Positions 9,880 to 19,963 of a stretch of DNA of 64,000 nucleotides are shown piece by piece. Both the position numbers and the translations under genes were made by a program. Position 1 is the first letter of the stretch. Each line of letters starts with the position of its first letter. The stretch lies in the NCBI GenBank assembly GCA_039208735.1, contig JBCCQY010000027.1, forward strand, positions 10,915 through 74,914, read 5' to 3'. A model generated the notes under the pieces. The model searched no databases. It saw nothing but the letters and a program-made list of their open reading frames with translations, and was not told the origin of the DNA. Source of the DNA: Myxococcota bacterium (GTDB lineage Bacteria > Myxococcota_A > UBA796 > GCA-2862545).

Positions 9880-10746
9880 ATGCTGTCGTGGTTCCTATTG
9901 GCTTGCGCGCCGAGCGATGAGATGGACCTTCTCGAAACCCGAACCCTGGTCACCGAAGGTGAGGTGCCGCTCTGGGTTCGCATCGTGGAGCCTGACCCGC
10001 CTGCGAACAACACCTGGGTCATGGTGCATGGCGGACCTGGCTTGACCCACGACCACTTGTTGCCGTTGGAAGCGCTTGTTGATGAGGGCGACCGCGTCGT
10101 CTTCTACGACCAACGGGGCTCCGGAGGCAGCGGTGAGGCTTCCGCGTGGCGGTTCGGCGCGCACGTGCGTGATTTGGATGACGTGATCGACGCGAGTGGT
10201 GCTAACCAGGTGAAGCTTGTGGGCAGTTCCTGGGGCGGGTTGCTTAGCCAGATCTATGCGGAACGCCGTCCTGAACGCGTAGAAGAACTCGTGCTGATTG
10301 GCAGCGCGCCGGCGACCTACACCGCACTGCAGGCCGGCGCACTGCGATTTGCCGAACGGGTGCAGGAGCTCCAGGCATCCGGGGCCATCGAAGGGCCGAT
10401 CCCAAGCGGAATCGTCGATTACCTAAATGCCGTGCTCCCCGCCTACTTCGCGGAAGGACGCGCGATCCCTGATGAAGCCCGTGTCCCGATCCATGGCGAG
10501 ACCCACGGCGCGATTTCCATGGCCAATCTCTTTGCCGGCTACGACTACACGGCCGAGGTGGCGACGGTGTCTGCGCCCACACGGATCCTTGTCGGGGATG
10601 CGGACCCGTTTGGCATCGACATGTCGGAGGCGGTCCGCAATGACCTTGCATCCGGTGACCCGCTCGACATCATCGCGGGATGCGGCCATTGGCCCTGGTT
10701 CTACTGCCTCGATGAGACGCTGGAGGCGATGACCGCGTCGCGGTAA
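9880..10746 (+). CDS. alpha/beta hydrolase lipoprotein (proline iminopeptidase-like)
   Basis: LLAC lipobox; HGGPG, YDQRGSG, GSSWGG nucleophile elbow, GHW His. Confidence 0.85.
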   Translation: MLSWFLLACAPSDEMDLLETRTLVTEGEVPLWVRIVEPDPPANNTWVMVHGGPGLTHDHLLPLEALVDEGDRVVFYDQRGSGGSGEASAWRFGAHVRDLDDVIDASGANQVKLVGSSWGGLLSQIYAERRPERVEELVLIGSAPATYTALQAGALRFAERVQELQASGAIEGPIPSGIVDYLNAVLPAYFAEGRAIPDEARVPIHGETHGAISMANLFAGYDYTAEVATVSAPTRILVGDADPFGIDMSEAVRNDLASGDPLDIIAGCGHWPWFYCLDETLEAMTASR

Positions 10747-10867
10747 AGCACGTGTTGGGTCCGGGCCGATGCCGTTGTCAGGCCAAGACGGTGATCGACG
10801 CGTTGCTGAACGGTGGTGATTGGATTTCGGTCTCGGACTGGCCACAGTGGCATGGCAGAATGCCTGC

Positions 10868-11824
10868 ATGTCGTACTATCGTGCCTCGGGACGGATTCAC
10901 CCCTCAGGTCTTGTTCGCCTCGCTTCTCTGGTGGTTCCTGGCATCGCAGTGGGTGGGCTCTACGGAGTGGTCGCCTTCATCTGCCTGCTCGTCGGCGATC
11001 TTGTTGCCGAAGTCGTGCCTCTCCCCCATTTTCTGAGCGATTCGTCGTGGATGTTCGCCGCGTTCCTCGTTGGCTTCGTCGTCTTGGCGCAGGTGCGGCT
11101 CGTCCGACCTCGTCTGGTTGCCGCTCACAGTCGCTCCTCACTCGTGGCCGCCGGCGCTGGCCTTCTCATTGGGGCTGTCAGCGCGGTCACGAAGTGGGTC
11201 GTCCAAGGGCTCGGCATGGTTGCGTTGTTCGAGATGGATGTGCCGTGGATTGCGGTCTTCGACCCGAGCATGGCAAACGCGTTTGTGGCGGCTGCGGTCG
11301 ACTGGACGTGGGACCAGCCGACCGAGCACGCAGGCGTTCTCGTAGGGAGGCTCTGGCAAGGCGAGATGGTGCTCATGGTGATGGCGCCGGCTGTGCTCTT
11401 GTACCTTGACCGACCTACGCCCTATTGCGAGCGCTGTGGGCGGTGGGTTCCGGCCGCAGAGGCTGCACTGGTCGTCGATTTGCGAGGCTCATCCAACATT
11501 CAGCGACTGGTCCAGGACTGGGATGTCGAAGCCCTCGCGGCGCTCCCCCCACCGGACTACGATCGCTTTGATCAGCAGCAAGCGGAGCTTGCGCGAAATC
11601 AGAACAGCAGCAAGCAAAGCTTGCGCGAGTCTGATCAGCTCTGCCATGCGCTCGTGCCCTATGCCTGCAAGGTGTGCGATGACTTTACCGCCATCGAGGT
11701 GCAGCGCCTCGCTCGTACGTTCGACCCCGAAACGGGCCGGTGGAGGGTGTCGCGTCAGCCAGTTGGCCCTCGAACGATGATCTCCCGAAGCCAACTCGAG
11801 GCGTTGGACGAGGCGATTCAATAA
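10868..11824 (+). CDS. multi-pass membrane protein with C-terminal CxxC pairs
   Basis: About four hydrophobic segments, then YCERC and CKVC. Confidence 0.65.
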   Translation: MSYYRASGRIHPSGLVRLASLVVPGIAVGGLYGVVAFICLLVGDLVAEVVPLPHFLSDSSWMFAAFLVGFVVLAQVRLVRPRLVAAHSRSSLVAAGAGLLIGAVSAVTKWVVQGLGMVALFEMDVPWIAVFDPSMANAFVAAAVDWTWDQPTEHAGVLVGRLWQGEMVLMVMAPAVLLYLDRPTPYCERCGRWVPAAEAALVVDLRGSSNIQRLVQDWDVEALAALPPPDYDRFDQQQAELARNQNSSKQSLRESDQLCHALVPYACKVCDDFTAIEVQRLARTFDPETGRWRVSRQPVGPRTMISRSQLEALDEAIQ

Positions 11825-11836
11825 ACACGGTGCGCG

Positions 11837-12748
11837 TCACAAGGGTTCGTAGCGAATGCGAATCACCTCGTCGGGCCTTGGGACCCCGCGCAGAAGCGTG
11901 ATGGTGTTTGGCGACAGGTCGTAGCGCCAATCGATGTCGCGTTCGAGCCATGCCTCAGCCGCATCCCAATGCAGCGACGCCCTGGAGACTTGGATGTCGT
12001 TGGGATCGACAGGCCGGGCGGACAATGGGAAGGTTCGGGCTCTCGGTGCTTGGATGAAGTCGCTTTCCAGGACCTGGAGTAGCCAATCCTCCGGTGGCGC
12101 ATCCCCCACGAGTCCGTCGAAAGCCCGGGCTGCATCTCCGTACTGGGTGCTGGCAGGAAGCTCCACGAGCAGCGAAAGCGTGAGGGCTCCCCCAGGGGCG
12201 CGAAGGGCCTCGAATCGATACGCAAAGGCGTCGAAGTGCAGGCCTGGAGACTCGTCCTCGGCATTGCTGACCACCACCACGTGCAAATCAGAACCCGGAC
12301 GGCGGAACGAGTTCGCATCGCCCTCAAACACCGCGAAAATGGAATCAAAACCACGGTTTGGGGTTCCGTTTCGGGTCTCAATCTGCAGCAGATCGCCCAA
12401 CCTCGTCTCGGGATCCGAGGTCAGTCCATCGACGAACGCTCGGCCGTCGGCTGCGGCCCGGAGTGCACCCGAGCCGTCGGTGGTGATGACGCCAAAGCGA
12501 AGGTCGAATCGTGCGGCAGACACCAACAGGAGACCGCTCATCTCCCCGAGCTGGTCCCGTGTGATCTCGGTAGTGGCATCGTCATCGATGACAAAGAGCA
12601 CATCGATGGGCGCGACAGGTCCTGGAACCAGCTCATCGACGACCGGAACCTCGGAGGCGGTAGAGGCGGTGTCCTCGGAGGCCGGGGCCCGGCGCACCAG
12701 ATTCGGCGCCGCAGGACCCATCGCACACGCGGTGAACAGCAGAATCAC
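11837..12748 (-). CDS. VWA-like domain lipoprotein (myxobacterial CglB-like family)
   Basis: FTAC lipobox; IDVLFVIDD, FGVITTD, FRRPGSDLHVVVVSNAEDES; C-terminal FPLS..P...WRYD...NTITL beta domain. Confidence 0.7.
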   Translation of the reverse strand: MILLFTACAMGPAAPNLVRRAPASEDTASTASEVPVVDELVPGPVAPIDVLFVIDDDATTEITRDQLGEMSGLLLVSAARFDLRFGVITTDGSGALRAAADGRAFVDGLTSDPETRLGDLLQIETRNGTPNRGFDSIFAVFEGDANSFRRPGSDLHVVVVSNAEDESPGLHFDAFAYRFEALRAPGGALTLSLLVELPASTQYGDAARAFDGLVGDAPPEDWLLQVLESDFIQAPRARTFPLSARPVDPNDIQVSRASLHWDAAEAWLERDIDWRYDLSPNTITLLRGVPRPDEVIRIRYEPL

Positions 12749-12833
12749 GATTGCCCTCCTCGGCTAGAGGATACCGCAGGCAAGGCCGGTCGCTACCGGG
12801 TTGGTCCAGCGGGGCGACGAAGCCGAGCGTTGA

Positions 12834-13700
12834 TCACTTGATGGTCACGTCGCCTGACCCGTCGGAACGCAAGTCGAAATCGCCCACGTTCCGGATTCGG
12901 ATGTCGCCCGAAGTGTCGTCAACCGTCACGGTGCCGGTGACATTTTCGACGTCAATGTCGCCCGAGTTGTCGTCGATGTCGACGTCGCCAACGATGTCCA
13001 GGACATCGATTTCGCCAGAGTCGTCTACGATGGTTGTAGAACCCGCATTGGTCACGCGGATTTCACCCGAATTATCTTGGATATCGAGCGTTCCATCAAT
13101 GTCCGAGACATCGATTTCGCCAGAATCATCTTCGATACTTGTAGGACCCGCATTGGTGATGCGAATCCCACCCGAGTTGTCGCGGATCTCAACCGACCCC
13201 CCCACGTTTTCGATTTCGAGATCGCCAGCGTCATCGTTGACCACGACATCGCCCGCCACATTGAGGATGTCGATGTCACCGCTATCGTCATTGAGTTCGA
13301 GCGAACCCACTCCTTCGATCTCGACCACGCCGGACCGGTCGTTCACGATGGCGTCAAGATCCGCCGGGACACGCAACACAACGTCGGTGGCGAAACTGTG
13401 GATGCGTTCGATGTCCACAAAGGACCGAGCGACGATCGTATTGCCATTGGACTCGAGCGTTGCGACGAGGGCGTCGATGCCGGCCTGATCCGAGCGGAGG
13501 CCGCCAACCCGGGTGAGCGTGATGTCCATCTCGGCCGTGGTTCGGGAAGGATCGCCAATGATCTCGAGGTCGCCAGCCCAGGTCTCGAGTTCGATGGCCG
13601 TTTCCTCCGAAACCTCGAGCTGCAGCGTACGCTGATCGATGGTCTGGATGTCGCCACCAAAGCAGGCAACGAAGAACGGAACAAGCAGGAAGCGGGTCAT
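12834..13700 (-). CDS. DUF4097 family beta-strand repeat lipoprotein
   Basis: ATG 13700 with GGAGG RBS; FVAC lipobox; many DDSG[DE]I repeats of ~19-aa period. Confidence 0.85.
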   Translation of the reverse strand: MTRFLLVPFFVACFGGDIQTIDQRTLQLEVSEETAIELETWAGDLEIIGDPSRTTAEMDITLTRVGGLRSDQAGIDALVATLESNGNTIVARSFVDIERIHSFATDVVLRVPADLDAIVNDRSGVVEIEGVGSLELNDDSGDIDILNVAGDVVVNDDAGDLEIENVGGSVEIRDNSGGIRITNAGPTSIEDDSGEIDVSDIDGTLDIQDNSGEIRVTNAGSTTIVDDSGEIDVLDIVGDVDIDDNSGDIDVENVTGTVTVDDTSGDIRIRNVGDFDLRSDGSGDVTIK

Positions 13701-13753
13701 CGTAGGTCCTCCATGCCGTTCTAGAAACCGCGGCCCACGTTTCGTGTCACCGA

Positions 13754-14308
13754 CTATTGTGGATCGAACCGGAGGGGGGCGCGCTTGAACGAAGGCGAAA
13801 CCGTCAGAAAGGTCCGTAGGCCATCCTGACTTACGCGTGCGACAAGGGCCCTTCGAACCTCGTCTCGGAGGCGCAACGGCCAGTTGCCGGCTCCCCACAC
13901 AAATCCTTGTTCCAATCCGGTGCACGTCGTGGACTTCGCATTGGCGAGGTCAGGCAGTGCCTGGTCGATCTCATTTAGCGTTGGCGACACCGACTGAAGG
14001 TAGGCCAGTCGGATCTTCGCGTACTCGCTCCGGAGGGTCGAGATGTAGGACGTGAGCAGGCGCTGGGTCTCTGGATGCTGCGGCTGGTCCGATGCATCTT
14101 TGATCGCTCGTCTCGTCGCCTCCCAGAGGCGAACCAGGCGTTGGTTCACGAACGGACGCGCAGGTCTTCTGATCCACCGTGGTTGGCTCGGCCAGGTTCT
14201 TTCCTCCTTTGGCGTGGCCTGGCGTTGCCGGATGGCTCGAAACACGTCGCCTAGCGGTGAGTCTGCAACCGGGTCGGGGAGCGCGTTCTGAAGAACCTTT
14301 TGGACCAA
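13754..14308 (-). CDS. hypothetical protein or gene fragment
   Basis: 184-aa ORF, TTG start, no clear RBS, no recognisable motif. Confidence 0.3.
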   Translation of the reverse strand: MVQKVLQNALPDPVADSPLGDVFRAIRQRQATPKEERTWPSQPRWIRRPARPFVNQRLVRLWEATRRAIKDASDQPQHPETQRLLTSYISTLRSEYAKIRLAYLQSVSPTLNEIDQALPDLANAKSTTCTGLEQGFVWGAGNWPLRLRDEVRRALVARVSQDGLRTFLTVSPSFKRAPLRFDPQ

Positions 14309-14433
14309 TCTCTTAGAAAGCTGTCGTCTCCTTGGTCGGAGGCGTGCTGTAGCCGAGCGTGCTCGTCACTGACCGCGCGAAAAAGTCAGGTAGTACGTGG
14401 ACGACCCCTGGGTCTCGGAGCATCGTGAAGCGA

Positions 14434-14505
14434 AGCGTTCTCATCAAGGCCTCCGATGGGCGACAACCCGCCCGGTTCGGTCTGTTAGGCCTTGATGAAA
14501 ATGCT
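14434..14505. repeat. inverted repeat hairpin (possible terminator)
   Basis: Perfect 12-bp arms TCATCAAGGCCT (14441-14452) and AGGCCTTGATGA (14487-14498), extendable to 17/19; inner GGGCG/CGCCC stem. Confidence 0.7.
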
Positions 14506-14557
14506 ATCCGCTTACCATTCGCTTACCGCAACAACGGGTTGGATTGGCAAGGTCGCA

Positions 14558-14902
14558 CTAGTGCGGCTGATCGGAAGTTCGTTTCCAGGTTTCGGCCGCC
14601 TGAGCCGGGAACTCCCACGTGAACCGAAGGGATTCAAGGAGTTCCTTTGCAACGACGTCGGGAATGCCGCGAACGCCAGTGTAGGCCCAGCTCTTCTTGT
14701 CGCGGACCTGTAGGTCCATGACGTTGAAGGCGCCAGAGCCGTTGGCAAAGCGCAGCAGGGGCGTCCACTCGTCGTCCTCCTCGAGGCCCAACGTGCAGGT
14801 CTTTCCCCGAGGGCGCGCACGGAGCCAACGTCGAGCCAATTCGGACTCTTCGTGGAGGAGCCGGAGGACCTTCTCACCGAAGTATCGAGCTTCGTTTGCC
14901 AT
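14558..14902 (-). CDS. IS-borne accessory/passenger protein (114 aa), unknown function
   Basis: GGAG RBS directly after the native transposase stop; its TAG stop coincides with the IS end. Confidence 0.6.
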   Translation of the reverse strand: MANEARYFGEKVLRLLHEESELARRWLRARPRGKTCTLGLEEDDEWTPLLRFANGSGAFNVMDLQVRDKKSWAYTGVRGIPDVVAKELLESLRFTWEFPAQAAETWKRTSDQPH

Positions 14903-16062
14903 GGTGCGCGCTCCCTATGCGGCCAGGCGGGGATTGTACGTCCACGACAGGGCTTCGCGTGGCGTGCCCCGTAGTCGTCGAGCGACGCGTACAGGTGGTC
15001 GTCGAGCTCGACGAGCGCGCCGTAGCGACGGCCCGCGAGATAGCGCGTCGTGAAGCGAGAGAAGAAGTTCTCCGCAAGATTCAGCCAAGAGGCGTGGGTC
15101 GGAGTGTAGTAGACCCGGAACCGCGCACCGGCCTCGCTTCCCAGGAACGCCCCCATCTCTCGCGAAATGTGCGTCGAGCCGTTGTCCCAGACCAGGTGGA
15201 TCCGACGCATGGCAGGAAGCGCCTGGGCTACGGTCTCGAGCATCGCGATGGCCTCCGTCGTCGCGAAGCCCCGGCTCGGGAAGACCTCGGCGGCAACCAC
15301 CTCCCCGGTGTCGGGCCGGATGGCCGCCACCAGGTTGCGGGTGCCGTGGCGGATGTAGTTGTGCTCAACCCGTCGCACCTTGCCCGGCGCGGTCGGTCGC
15401 CCGGGGTAGGGCGAGCCAAGGGCCTGGATGTTCGTCTTCTCGTCGAAGCAGACCACCACTTCGTCCGCGGGAAGGTCTCGCATGTACAGGTCGCAGATGG
15501 CGTCGCGACGTGGGATGTAGTCGGGCCGGTCCGTAGGCGTGAACAGGTAGTAGCGCTCTCTGTGCGGTTGAACCTCGGCCGTCGCCAGGATGCGCTGCAC
15601 CGTGGAGCGGCTCATCACCGTGCCCTGAAGTGCAGCCAGCTCGACGATCAGCGTTTGAGTCATCCGCACGTCGCGACGGTCGTGTTGGTCCGGCTGTTGG
15701 CAACCGAGGCTGATGACCACAGCCTCGTCACGAGCGGTTCGTCGCCGAGGACGGCCCGTGCGCTGGGCATCGCGAAGCGCCTTCAGACCAGGACTGTCCC
15801 GAAAGCGCGACGCCCATTTGCGAACCGTCGGCCGGCTGACGCCGCACCGCCGAGCCGTCTCGCTCACCGACATCCCCATGAAGACGTGCCGCAGCACGAT
15901 CTCCGCTCGTTGCACGCTGCGATGCTCTGCGCGCCCTTGGCGCATCACCGCTTCCAGCTCGGCTCGCCGAGAACCCCCATCCACGACTGCTCCTCCATCT
16001 ACGGAGGAGCCTGATCACTCAGCAGGCCGATGGTGGCAACGAACTATCGGGCACGCTCACTA
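14559..16062 (-). mobile_element. IS630-family insertion sequence (~1.5 kb) with TA target duplication
   Basis: Both ends in CTAG (14558-14561, 16060-16063); imperfect TIRs TGGAAACGAACTTCCGATCAGCCGCACTAG (revcomp of left end) vs TGGCAACGAACTATCGGGCACGCTCACTAG (22/30); encloses an IS630 transposase. Confidence 0.9.
14915..15984 (-). pseudogene. IS630 family transposase, frameshift near C-terminus
   Basis: HTH (SETARRCGVSRPTVRKW), DEK, DNGSTH, YTPTHASWLNLAE; shifting frame at AAGCCC-TG (~14950) restores the typical KPxSWTYNPRLAA* end (TAG 14915-14917). Confidence 0.85.
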
Positions 16063-17409
16063 GGACCCGCCTTTGCGAGTTCTTTCGAGGGATAGTGTAA
16101 ACCCCTCTCGGGTCAGTTCGGCTCCAAAGGCCACACTAACGACGGCAGTGATGCCACTCGCATACCCGTCCCACAGCACCGACCAGCCTAACCAGGTGAG
16201 TACAAAGAAGTACAGCGCCATGAGCACGAGCAGCGCCATTCGCTGCGAAACCCAATTCACCACCGTGCTTCGGTTCCCATGTCCCGCTCCTACCCTTGCC
16301 CGAGGGGGTGACGTTCCGTCGCCAAGCCCTCCTGCACCGGTCCCACCGACCGTGAACGCGCTATGATACTGCCCCTTTGGCAGCCTCTCCATTGCTGTCG
16401 CCAATTCTGCACGAATCGTGGCGATGTTCTGTTCAAAGTACGCCACGTTGTAGGTGCGGTGCGACAACGGGTCTACGTCGCGAAGAGTATCCATCAGACC
16501 GTAGGTTCGAGTCAACAATCCACTCACCGTAGCTTGAAAGGCCACATTGTTTGGCTTCCCTTCAGGTTGGTCCCACTTCGACAGATACGCAAGTAGTTCA
16601 TCGAGTTGTCGGTAGATTGGGCCCCGGTTTAGCTCGCGCTTATCGAACGCGGTCTTTGCATCCTGAATCCGCCTGAGTAGCTCCTTCACGCGAGAGTCAA
16701 TCGTGGTCGATAACCCATGATCAGCATCGAACTGTAGTTCTCGAATTGCCCGTCGGATTTGATTTGCAATGCTCTCGTAAGTGGCATCTCCAGCAAGATC
16801 CGGGAGGGCCATCCTAAGCTTTGTGATCTGAACGTTCTGCCTCGAGCGAGTCACGAGGGCAGGTAGTGTTTGGTTGACCAACGCACTAGCAAGCAAACCC
16901 GCAAGTACGAATAATGGGAGAAAGGGAAAGGCACTCAGCCGGACCGCCACCGGGGTCTCAAGGTCCTTCCGGATGACTTCACCTGTTCGTTTTCCAGGTG
17001 GCACACCAACAAACCGAAGCTTGGCGCTCGAAGGTCCGATCGGCCAGTCTTCAAACACAATGCCGACCCCGTCGTGCGCCCCTTTTGCCAAGTAGAGGGG
17101 ATACTCATCACTACACCCCTTGGAAGTAGGGCCTTTCACTGCCGATAAGGCCACACGACCTCCTTCGGCGCGATACGCAAGCTCGCGATCGGCAAGACGA
17201 AGACTCACGCACAAGTCGGTGTCAGTCTCGATCCATAGACCACGTGCGATCTTTGTTCTCGACCAAGGCAATTGAACATTGGCGCTGATTGCTGGCACTT
17301 CGATGGCCAGCACGGGTCTCGAAGAAGCGTCGTCTTGGGCGGCTGCGATCGTGGGTTGCAGCAGCCCAATTCCTAATATCCATACTAGGATTCGATGAAG
17401 AGAACCCAT
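16060..17409 (-). CDS. hypothetical membrane protein (signal peptide, internal and C-terminal TM segments)
   Basis: From ATG 17409: signal ...PTIAAAQ; TM FPFLPLFVLAGLLASAL; helical middle; two C-terminal TMs. Confidence 0.65.
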   Translation of the reverse strand: MGSLHRILVWILGIGLLQPTIAAAQDDASSRPVLAIEVPAISANVQLPWSRTKIARGLWIETDTDLCVSLRLADRELAYRAEGGRVALSAVKGPTSKGCSDEYPLYLAKGAHDGVGIVFEDWPIGPSSAKLRFVGVPPGKRTGEVIRKDLETPVAVRLSAFPFLPLFVLAGLLASALVNQTLPALVTRSRQNVQITKLRMALPDLAGDATYESIANQIRRAIRELQFDADHGLSTTIDSRVKELLRRIQDAKTAFDKRELNRGPIYRQLDELLAYLSKWDQPEGKPNNVAFQATVSGLLTRTYGLMDTLRDVDPLSHRTYNVAYFEQNIATIRAELATAMERLPKGQYHSAFTVGGTGAGGLGDGTSPPRARVGAGHGNRSTVVNWVSQRMALLVLMALYFFVLTWLGWSVLWDGYASGITAVVSVAFGAELTREGFTLSLERTRKGGS

Positions 17410-17490
17410 CCATTTGTCCTTGCTCGACGTTCGGGTCGATTGGAGCAAACCAACGGAATCTCTGCTATCCCCTGACCGGGGTAGACCCCT

Positions 17491-18954
17491 TCAAGACTGT
17501 CGAAGACCGAAGCGGCGGATCAGTGAGTGGACGTACCCTCGATGCAGCCCCAATTGCTGTGCGGCCTGCGTCACGTTGCCCTCGCTCCGCTCCAGGGTTT
17601 CCTGGAGCAGCTGTGCCTGAAACCGTCTGGTGGCCTCCTGCCAAGTGAGCGGTGACATATCGCTTCTCATGCTTGCTTCGGGAAACGCGTGGCGTGGGAG
17701 GACCACCTGGCCTCCTTCTCCCGTACACAACACAACAGCTTCCTCGAGGGCCTTTGCCAGTTGACGAACGTTGCCTGGCCATTCTCTGGACTCGAGCTCC
17801 CGAAGCAGTTCAATAGAGGCGGTGCACCTGGGGAGTGACGGTTGCCGAAGGCAGAAGGCTTCAATCACGTGTTCGGCAAGGACCGCGATATCTTCGGTCC
17901 GCTCCGCGAGCGTCGGCATCCGAATCGTAAACGACTTTAGACGATAGTAGAGATCCTTTCTGAACTCCTTCGATTCAACTAGTTCAGCAAGGTTCCGATT
18001 GCTCGCACTGATGATGCGAATGTCCGCGGGCCGAGTGGCCCCACCAACCGGGGCATAGGTTTTTGATTGAAGAAGTTCGAGCAGGGCCGACTGCGTCTCG
18101 TAGTTGAGGGCATCGATCTCATCGAGGAAGAGCGTTCCCCCGATTGCACGGTCAACATGGCCTCCCACGGCAGTATTGGCGCTGGTGAAGACTCCCTTGT
18201 GGTGGCCGAACATCTCACGTTCGAAGACACTGCGCGGCACCGCGCCACAGGTAACAGAGTGAAAGGGGCCTGCACGACGTGCACTGTTGCGGTGGATGAT
18301 ACTGGCCAGGGTCGACTTTCCGGTCCCCGTGTCTCCTGTGATGTGGATGTCGATCTCGATCGGAGAAGCGCTTGCGGCGCGCTTCAACATCGCCGCGAGT
18401 GCTGCACTCCGCCCTACGAGTTCGTCACAGGAAAAGCGACTCCTCACATCGGCGGTATCATCTGCTTCCTGTAGCCTTCGAATCCGCTCCACGGCGGGAG
18501 CGAGCATCGCCGCCAGCGCCCTCACAAGATCTACATCATCAGATTCAAACGCCTCGCCATCCATCCGATTCTGAATGTAGACGACGCCGATGGGAAGGTC
18601 ACCCCTGAGAATGGGTGCGCAGACAACGGCCTCGATCTGGAAGTTCCGGGCCGAGATAGAAGCCAGCTTGGGGTCAAGCATGGCGGAGACCGTCGAAATC
18701 ACATCGACCGCCTCTCGCGCAGCTTTCACGATGGCACTTGACGTGCGAGCTCGAACCTCCCTTAAGGACGTCTCGTCATCACACCCCTGTGCCCTCCACC
18801 AGAGCGCCGCTCCGCGGTCGTCTTGCACCTCGACGTACGCCTGGCGGGCCTGGGTGAGTTCGACGAGGAGGGGCAATACTCCCCCAATCAGCTCACCACT
18901 GTCGCTGACATGCCACAAATCAAGTGCACGCTGCAAGAGTTGTCGTCGGTCCAC
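17491..18954 (-). CDS. sigma-54-dependent Fis family transcriptional regulator with GAF domain
   Basis: GAF (VVCAPI...GVVYIQ), Walker A GDTGTGKS, GVFTSA in place of GAFTGA, FLDEID, WPGNVRQL, C-terminal HTH; GTG 18954 follows GGAGG. Confidence 0.9.
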   Translation of the reverse strand: MDRRQLLQRALDLWHVSDSGELIGGVLPLLVELTQARQAYVEVQDDRGAALWWRAQGCDDETSLREVRARTSSAIVKAAREAVDVISTVSAMLDPKLASISARNFQIEAVVCAPILRGDLPIGVVYIQNRMDGEAFESDDVDLVRALAAMLAPAVERIRRLQEADDTADVRSRFSCDELVGRSAALAAMLKRAASASPIEIDIHITGDTGTGKSTLASIIHRNSARRAGPFHSVTCGAVPRSVFEREMFGHHKGVFTSANTAVGGHVDRAIGGTLFLDEIDALNYETQSALLELLQSKTYAPVGGATRPADIRIISASNRNLAELVESKEFRKDLYYRLKSFTIRMPTLAERTEDIAVLAEHVIEAFCLRQPSLPRCTASIELLRELESREWPGNVRQLAKALEEAVVLCTGEGGQVVLPRHAFPEASMRSDMSPLTWQEATRRFQAQLLQETLERSEGNVTQAAQQLGLHRGYVHSLIRRFGLRQS

Positions 18955-19144
18955 GAGGTGCCTCCAGCCATGAGCATCGGACACCTCACCGCGAAGTACA
19001 ATCCCCCATTCCGGGGACACTGTCAGCAATTGAAGACACCACTTCTAGGGCCGCAACAGATACCTGACACCTTCAACCGGCGAACCGCCACATCCGGGAT
19101 GGAACGAGGCTTGCTGTTCAAAAGCCAAACCTCGGAGGACCCAA

Positions 19145-19909
19145 ATGATGGTCGCTGAAATTCAGAACGTCCTGGGAGCCCTGGCCGCAAAGGCAACAAG
19201 CGCCGCGTTTGCTGAACTGCTGGCCGTCGACAACGACGTGAAGATCGGTCGCGTGGCGGGGAGTGGCCTCGACGGTGATGTTCCGAGGACCGGAACGGGC
19301 TCCGTCTGGATGGTCATTCCCGAGCTGTGGACCTGCCGCCGCCAACTCCCTCTCAATGGCCTCGCCCGCCTAGGTGATGACCTGGTCGGGTTCGTGACCC
19401 GGGACAAGCGCATCGCGGGCATGGTGCTGGTTCGCAACGCCTCTCGACGGCCTGGAGCAATGGCGCTCGACACTTTGAGGGAAGCAATCCAAGACCTGCG
19501 GCCACCTAACGAGACCGGAGAATCCTGGATCGCCGATCGACGGGGGCGCCCCCTTCTATGGCAAGCGGATCGACCCGCGCCAGCCATCATTCCCAACGTA
19601 CATGAGGGGCCCCTTCTGTTTTGCGGTGGTGCGTACCACACGACTCAGGCCCTTACTGGCGGAGAGACGCCGCGATTCATGGTCGCGCGTATGCCTGCTC
19701 GTTGGCTCAACATCACACCTCTCCTAAGGCTGTCGCCCCACCAGATCGAAGTGGCGGAGAGTGCCGCCGCCGGAGCGACCATTCCCGAGATTGCCAGGTC
19801 ACTGAACCGCAGCGACGAAACCATAAAGTCGCATCTTCGGGAGGTGTACCGGCGGCTGGACGTTGGAAGTCGGCTCGAACTCGCCGAGATTTGCAACGCG
19901 GCTTGGTGA
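19145..19909 (+). CDS. LuxR-type HTH transcriptional regulator
   Basis: C-terminal LSPHQIEVA...GATIPEIARSLNRSDETIKSHLREVYRRLDVGSRLEL. Confidence 0.85.
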   Translation: MMVAEIQNVLGALAAKATSAAFAELLAVDNDVKIGRVAGSGLDGDVPRTGTGSVWMVIPELWTCRRQLPLNGLARLGDDLVGFVTRDKRIAGMVLVRNASRRPGAMALDTLREAIQDLRPPNETGESWIADRRGRPLLWQADRPAPAIIPNVHEGPLLFCGGAYHTTQALTGGETPRFMVARMPARWLNITPLLRLSPHQIEVAESAAAGATIPEIARSLNRSDETIKSHLREVYRRLDVGSRLELAEICNAAW

Positions 19910-19963
19910 CTGTGAACTGCCTCCGCTGCGCAGCTGTAGAATACGGCGGGCAGTGGAGGACCA

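Noticed and set aside
10848..10864. Sigma54 promoter TGGCATGGCAGAATGC
   Set aside because: GG-to-GC spacing is off by one and the site abuts the start codon.
14484..14490. GTTAGGC as integron attC core site
   Set aside because: The opposite arm reads GCCTCCG, lacking AAC; no integron integrase in the window.
14512..15984. 490-aa transposase with long C-terminal extension
   Set aside because: The extension results from the frameshift at ~14950 and runs past the IS end.
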